A DNA stretch of 63,544 nt, filler included, from Collodictyon triciliatum (taxonomy: Eukaryota), in the NCBI GenBank assembly GCA_043381765.1. It is 11 parts of 11 records of this genome, joined end to end, with 100 filler letters (N's around TTAATTAATTAA, not from the genome) between each part and the next. Parts side by side here need not be neighbours in the genome. Positions count along the whole stretch, not along the records: positions 59,545 to 63,544 come from JBHJMP010004673.1; 10 more parts are not named here. One strand, given 5' to 3'. Below, piece after piece: positions 59,755 to 63,544 of this stretch. Both the position numbers and the translations under genes were made by a program. The stretch's first letter is position 1; each line of letters begins with the position of its first letter. The notes under the pieces were generated by a model. That model had not been told where the DNA came from. It worked only from the letters and a program-made list of their open reading frames with translations, and ran no database searches.

Positions 59755-62318
59755 ATTTGGTTCGAAATCATGATGCTGGGCATCTGAGTTTGAATTTGGT
59801 GTAAGTATTCACCACGCTTCGGCAGTTTCTTTGGGATAACCTTGGTTTTAACATCTCGTTATTACATGCAGGAATAGTGCGCGTTCGATTATCACAAAAC
59901 AGCAATGAAATAAATCAAAGCGAGCAAAAACCTCGTGAATGACAACACACTCTTTCTGCTTCGATGGTATCTGCCGGATGGTGCTCTCAACCTCAATCAC
60001 AAGAATACTCTCAATCACTGCCTAATAATTGCAACAAAAAGATTAATACAAATACATATTCAGTAGACTCTTGTTTTTTTTTTTTTAATGCAAAGCAGAT
60101 AATGCAAAAAGGAATGTGAATGTCAACATCTAATATTCTTTTTTTCTGCATTTCTTTTGCATGTATATAAATGCCAACCCGATAGACCACATCTCTCAAG
60201 GCAACCTGGCCACCTTGACTTCCTCGGCAGATTTTCATCGCTTTCGACACGGTCTGTGATAATTGTAAATGATTCGGATTGAAGTGAATTGTTTATGTTC
60301 GAATCAAATAAAGTAGAGGTAAAGTGAAGCGTAAACGTCATGAACATACCATGAAAAATCATAGAAAATGAAATCACTTACCCTCCCTGTATACTGTCGT
60401 CGCTTCGTTACCTCGTCATGAACGAATGTGCAATCCCCATAGTCCATTCCCTATTCACAAATATTCCATTCACTACCACACAGCACAAATTGAATAAAAA
60501 CAGCCTCTTAGTATACAAATCTGTCATCCAGTCACACGTTACCATTTGCACACGGAGCCCGCGGAGATGCCCATCCGCAGCCAAACAGCAGCGCTCGTGT
60601 TGATGGATTTGGTGTGGCCAATCAGCTTCGTTCAACTCTATTTGTGACTCTGTGCAGAACCTTTATGTAGACAAAAAATAAATAAATAAAGGAATTAATG
60701 AATACATCAGGAAATCAGGAAATCAAACGAATCAAATAACGCAACGAACAACTCATCAAAAAAAAAAACTTCAAACAAATCAACACACCAACAAATCAAC
60801 TAATATATATATATAGAAGAGCGCGCAAGAATCAAACATAAATAGCGGAATATAAGAAATGCAGCTTTGAACTGCTAGTTTCATAAGCAAACTTGATTGC
60901 ATCCGTTGGTTGTTGGAAAGCAATCACAAAGTTCTCCCCATCATTCTGGCTGATAAAACCGTGGAGCTTCAGACATTTCTACATTTCAGTGAGTTAGCGG
61001 AATAGATGACGTAAGGACACGAAAGAAAAAAACAAGCTTTTACACATATGCTGAATATGCTAGTGGACAACATTCATATTCCACTCTTGAGAACTAATAA
61101 AAATAATTATCTGTCAAAAAGATACGTTTTTTATGATTGTATTCATTCGCATCACACTCTCGACCATTGCCTCAGGCACATCTTCCCAGAGATTTTCTGA
61201 CCCGAAAACCCGAGTGCAAACAATACACACATCACCATCTGGTGGGATTTCCTCTTTTTCAACAGTCTACGCCATGGTATTCAAGTGATGGGTATGAAGG
61301 AAATCCTCATATGATATGAACTCGACATGCAATACATATAAACAATAGATATAAACAAAAAGACAAAAAAAAAACACAAAAGGAAACACAAACACAAACA
61401 CAACCAAAAAAGGAAATATAAAATACCAAACACAAACACAAACACAAACACAAACACAAACAAAACCAAAAAGAAAATATAAAATACCCACCACAAAGGA
61501 GGAGGTTGATGAGTGTCGTGATGTCTCCAGCAAATTCTAATGAATGCGCGAAGAAAATATGATTAAGCCATGCTCGCGTGAATGCTTCCAGTAACAATTG
61601 GATTATGTATAGAATGATTGTACGCTAATGCGCTTCGATGATTCCTGAAACGTGGGGCGCTGCTGTGGGTCCTGATGCCACAAATCTTGGATGATACCCT
61701 GAATGTCAGGTGGTATGTTCTCTGGCATAGTGGGTCGGCGATTCTCTGATACAACTTGAATCATCACCGAAAAAATATTTTCAATATCATAGAACGGGTC
61801 TTTTCGAGATATGATTTCCCAGGCGATTATTCCAAAACTGTAGACATCTGCACGGGTTGTGTACTCGTTTCCTCCTACAACCTCTGGTGCGAGCCATAAA
61901 AGACTCCCAGTTTGCTCGTGCGCTTCGCTTTTACCTTGTATTGATGTCAGCCCAAAGTCGCTGGGATAAAAATAACATGGCGATAAGTGAAAAGGTCCTT
62001 TTCCGAATAGAATTCATGATAAAATTCTCTCATATTTTAATAAAATGCGAACCTGACTTTCAACCGGTATCTATCATCCACCTTGTTCATAACAGGCACA
62101 GTAATTAATCAGATGAATTAAAAGAAAGGAAAGAAAGAAAGGAAAGAAAGAAAGGAAAGAAAGAAAGGAAAGAAAGAAAGAAAGGAAAGAAAGAAAGGAA
62201 AGAAAGAAAGGAAAGAAAGAAAGGAAAGAAAGAAAGGAAAGAAAGAAAGGAAAGAAAGAAAGGAAAGAAAGAAAGAAAGGAAAGGAAAGGAAAGAAAGAA
62301 AGAAAGGAAAGGAAAGGA

Positions 62319-62410
<92 letters not shown>

Positions 62411-62422
62411 AAAAAAAAAAAG

Positions 62423-62462
<40 letters not shown>

Positions 62463-63544
62463 AAAAAGAAAGGAAAAAGAAAGGAAAAAGAAAGGAAAAA
62501 GAAAGGAAAAAGAAAGGAAAAAGAAAGGAAAAAGAAAGGAAAAGCGAGTTTTATAGCATCAAAGTCTCCATATAAAAGGTCATATTGTTTTAAAAAGTAT
62601 ACATATACACATACAAGGATGTTTAGACTCTTCAAATCCCGATGGACAATCGGAGGATTTGACATGTGCAGATACTGCATCCCTGTATATTAGAAATATC
62701 AGCCTTTAACCCAACATATTTTCAATTCCAGCAACTTAAGTTGTAGAATGCTTTCATTAAAAAAACTACTGATGTGGACACCTTTGGATATATCCAGCAT
62801 GAAGTTGAGTCGCTGGATGTATGGAATCGCCTTATCCTGGTGCAACACATCGTACAGACTGCCTTGGTGCATAAGCTCGCAGACAAGACATGGATTCTCC
62901 ATCTCAAAGCATGCTCCCATGTACAACACGATGTTTGGATGTCTCAGCTCTCTGCGTTCCATCCATATAAATATTACAAAAATATAGTTCATTTAAAAAA
63001 CAGAACGACTGATACTTTGACATTATGCTTCAAACAGAAGAAAATCTCCAAGAAAATATATTCATGCCCTGTTTCAAAAGACGTTTTATTTTCTGATAAC
63101 TTACACCATAATCGAGATTTCTCTCTTGAACGATTCCATCTGCTCTTTTGTCAGCCTTTTACCGACAATCACCTTGATAGCTACTTCTGTACCTCTCCAT
63201 TCGCCTTTATATACCTACAAAAGACAATAGCATGGATGAGTCACTCAATCATACAAGAGCCACATGGATTCAAAAAAATGCCATAGTGAGCCACATTTAA
63301 ATGGTTTACAGGGTAAAATAACAATTTTTTTTTATATTTCATCAAATGCTTAAACACGCCTCTCCGAAGCTTCCCCGTCCAAGAAGCTGACCATACGTGA
63401 GTTCGTCAGGATTGATGATTCCCATGTGTTTATTCTCAGCGCCCTTCATCTTCTCAACCATCTTCTTTCGATATATGTATGCTGACACAGCACCGACGAC
63501 AACAAGTCCTCCGCACACTCCCCCGATGGCAGCAAACGTGCTGA
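59755..63544 (-). CDS. Single-pass receptor TKL Ser/Thr kinase fused to a degenerate class III nucleotide cyclase domain; partial at both ends
   Basis: TM IGGVCGGLVVVGAVSAYIYRKK; LGRGSFGE|VYKGEWRGTEVAIK; LRHPNIVLYMG; HRDLKSLN; DFG; WLAPE; DVYSFG. Then PPDGDVCIVCTRV...LWE..PEAM, DGENFVIAF, ADWP, RGLRVQMG, GGQV. Confidence 0.88.
62120..62543. repeat. Compound (GAAA)n/(A)n/(GAAAGGAAAAA)n purine tract inside a kinase intron
   Basis: Directly visible. Confidence 0.95.

Noticed and set aside
60979-61125. GTATCTTTT donor resembling a U12-type 5' splice site
   Set aside because: The 3' end has a U2-like CGCTAAC branch site, and no other intron here clearly shows a minor-type donor.

Overview
Eukaryotic (protist-like), intron-rich, AT-rich draft sequence. 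It is not one locus: eleven unrelated contigs, most about 6.2 kb, are joined by artificial 100-nt spacers (N44-TTAATTAATTAA-N44), so neighbourhood across spacers is meaningless. Manual splicing gives: the 3' end of a C2-domain gene, an ERI-family DEDDh exonuclease, an IPT/TIG+REJ surface protein, YbeY, a cytochrome b5 ending in a CaaX box, a Sin3-like corepressor, an IphP-type tyrosine phosphatase, a membrane di-iron desaturase-like enzyme, PP5, a DUF4114+tandem Ig-like giant protein, an ABCB transporter, a frameshifted ubiquitin, a double-START protein and a receptor TKL kinase fused to a degenerate class III cyclase. The most striking signal is invisible in the ORF track: about 17 retrotransposon 3'-end insertions of two unrelated families. 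Many are only 12-40 nt long, end in an A-tail and are flanked by 11-18 bp target-site duplications. They lie in introns and just downstream of genes. Family A traces to an L1/Tx1-like LINE whose ORF2 end is in the window; an RT fragment lying upstream of one copy may belong to it. All gene models are by-eye and need RNA-seq and HMM confirmation.
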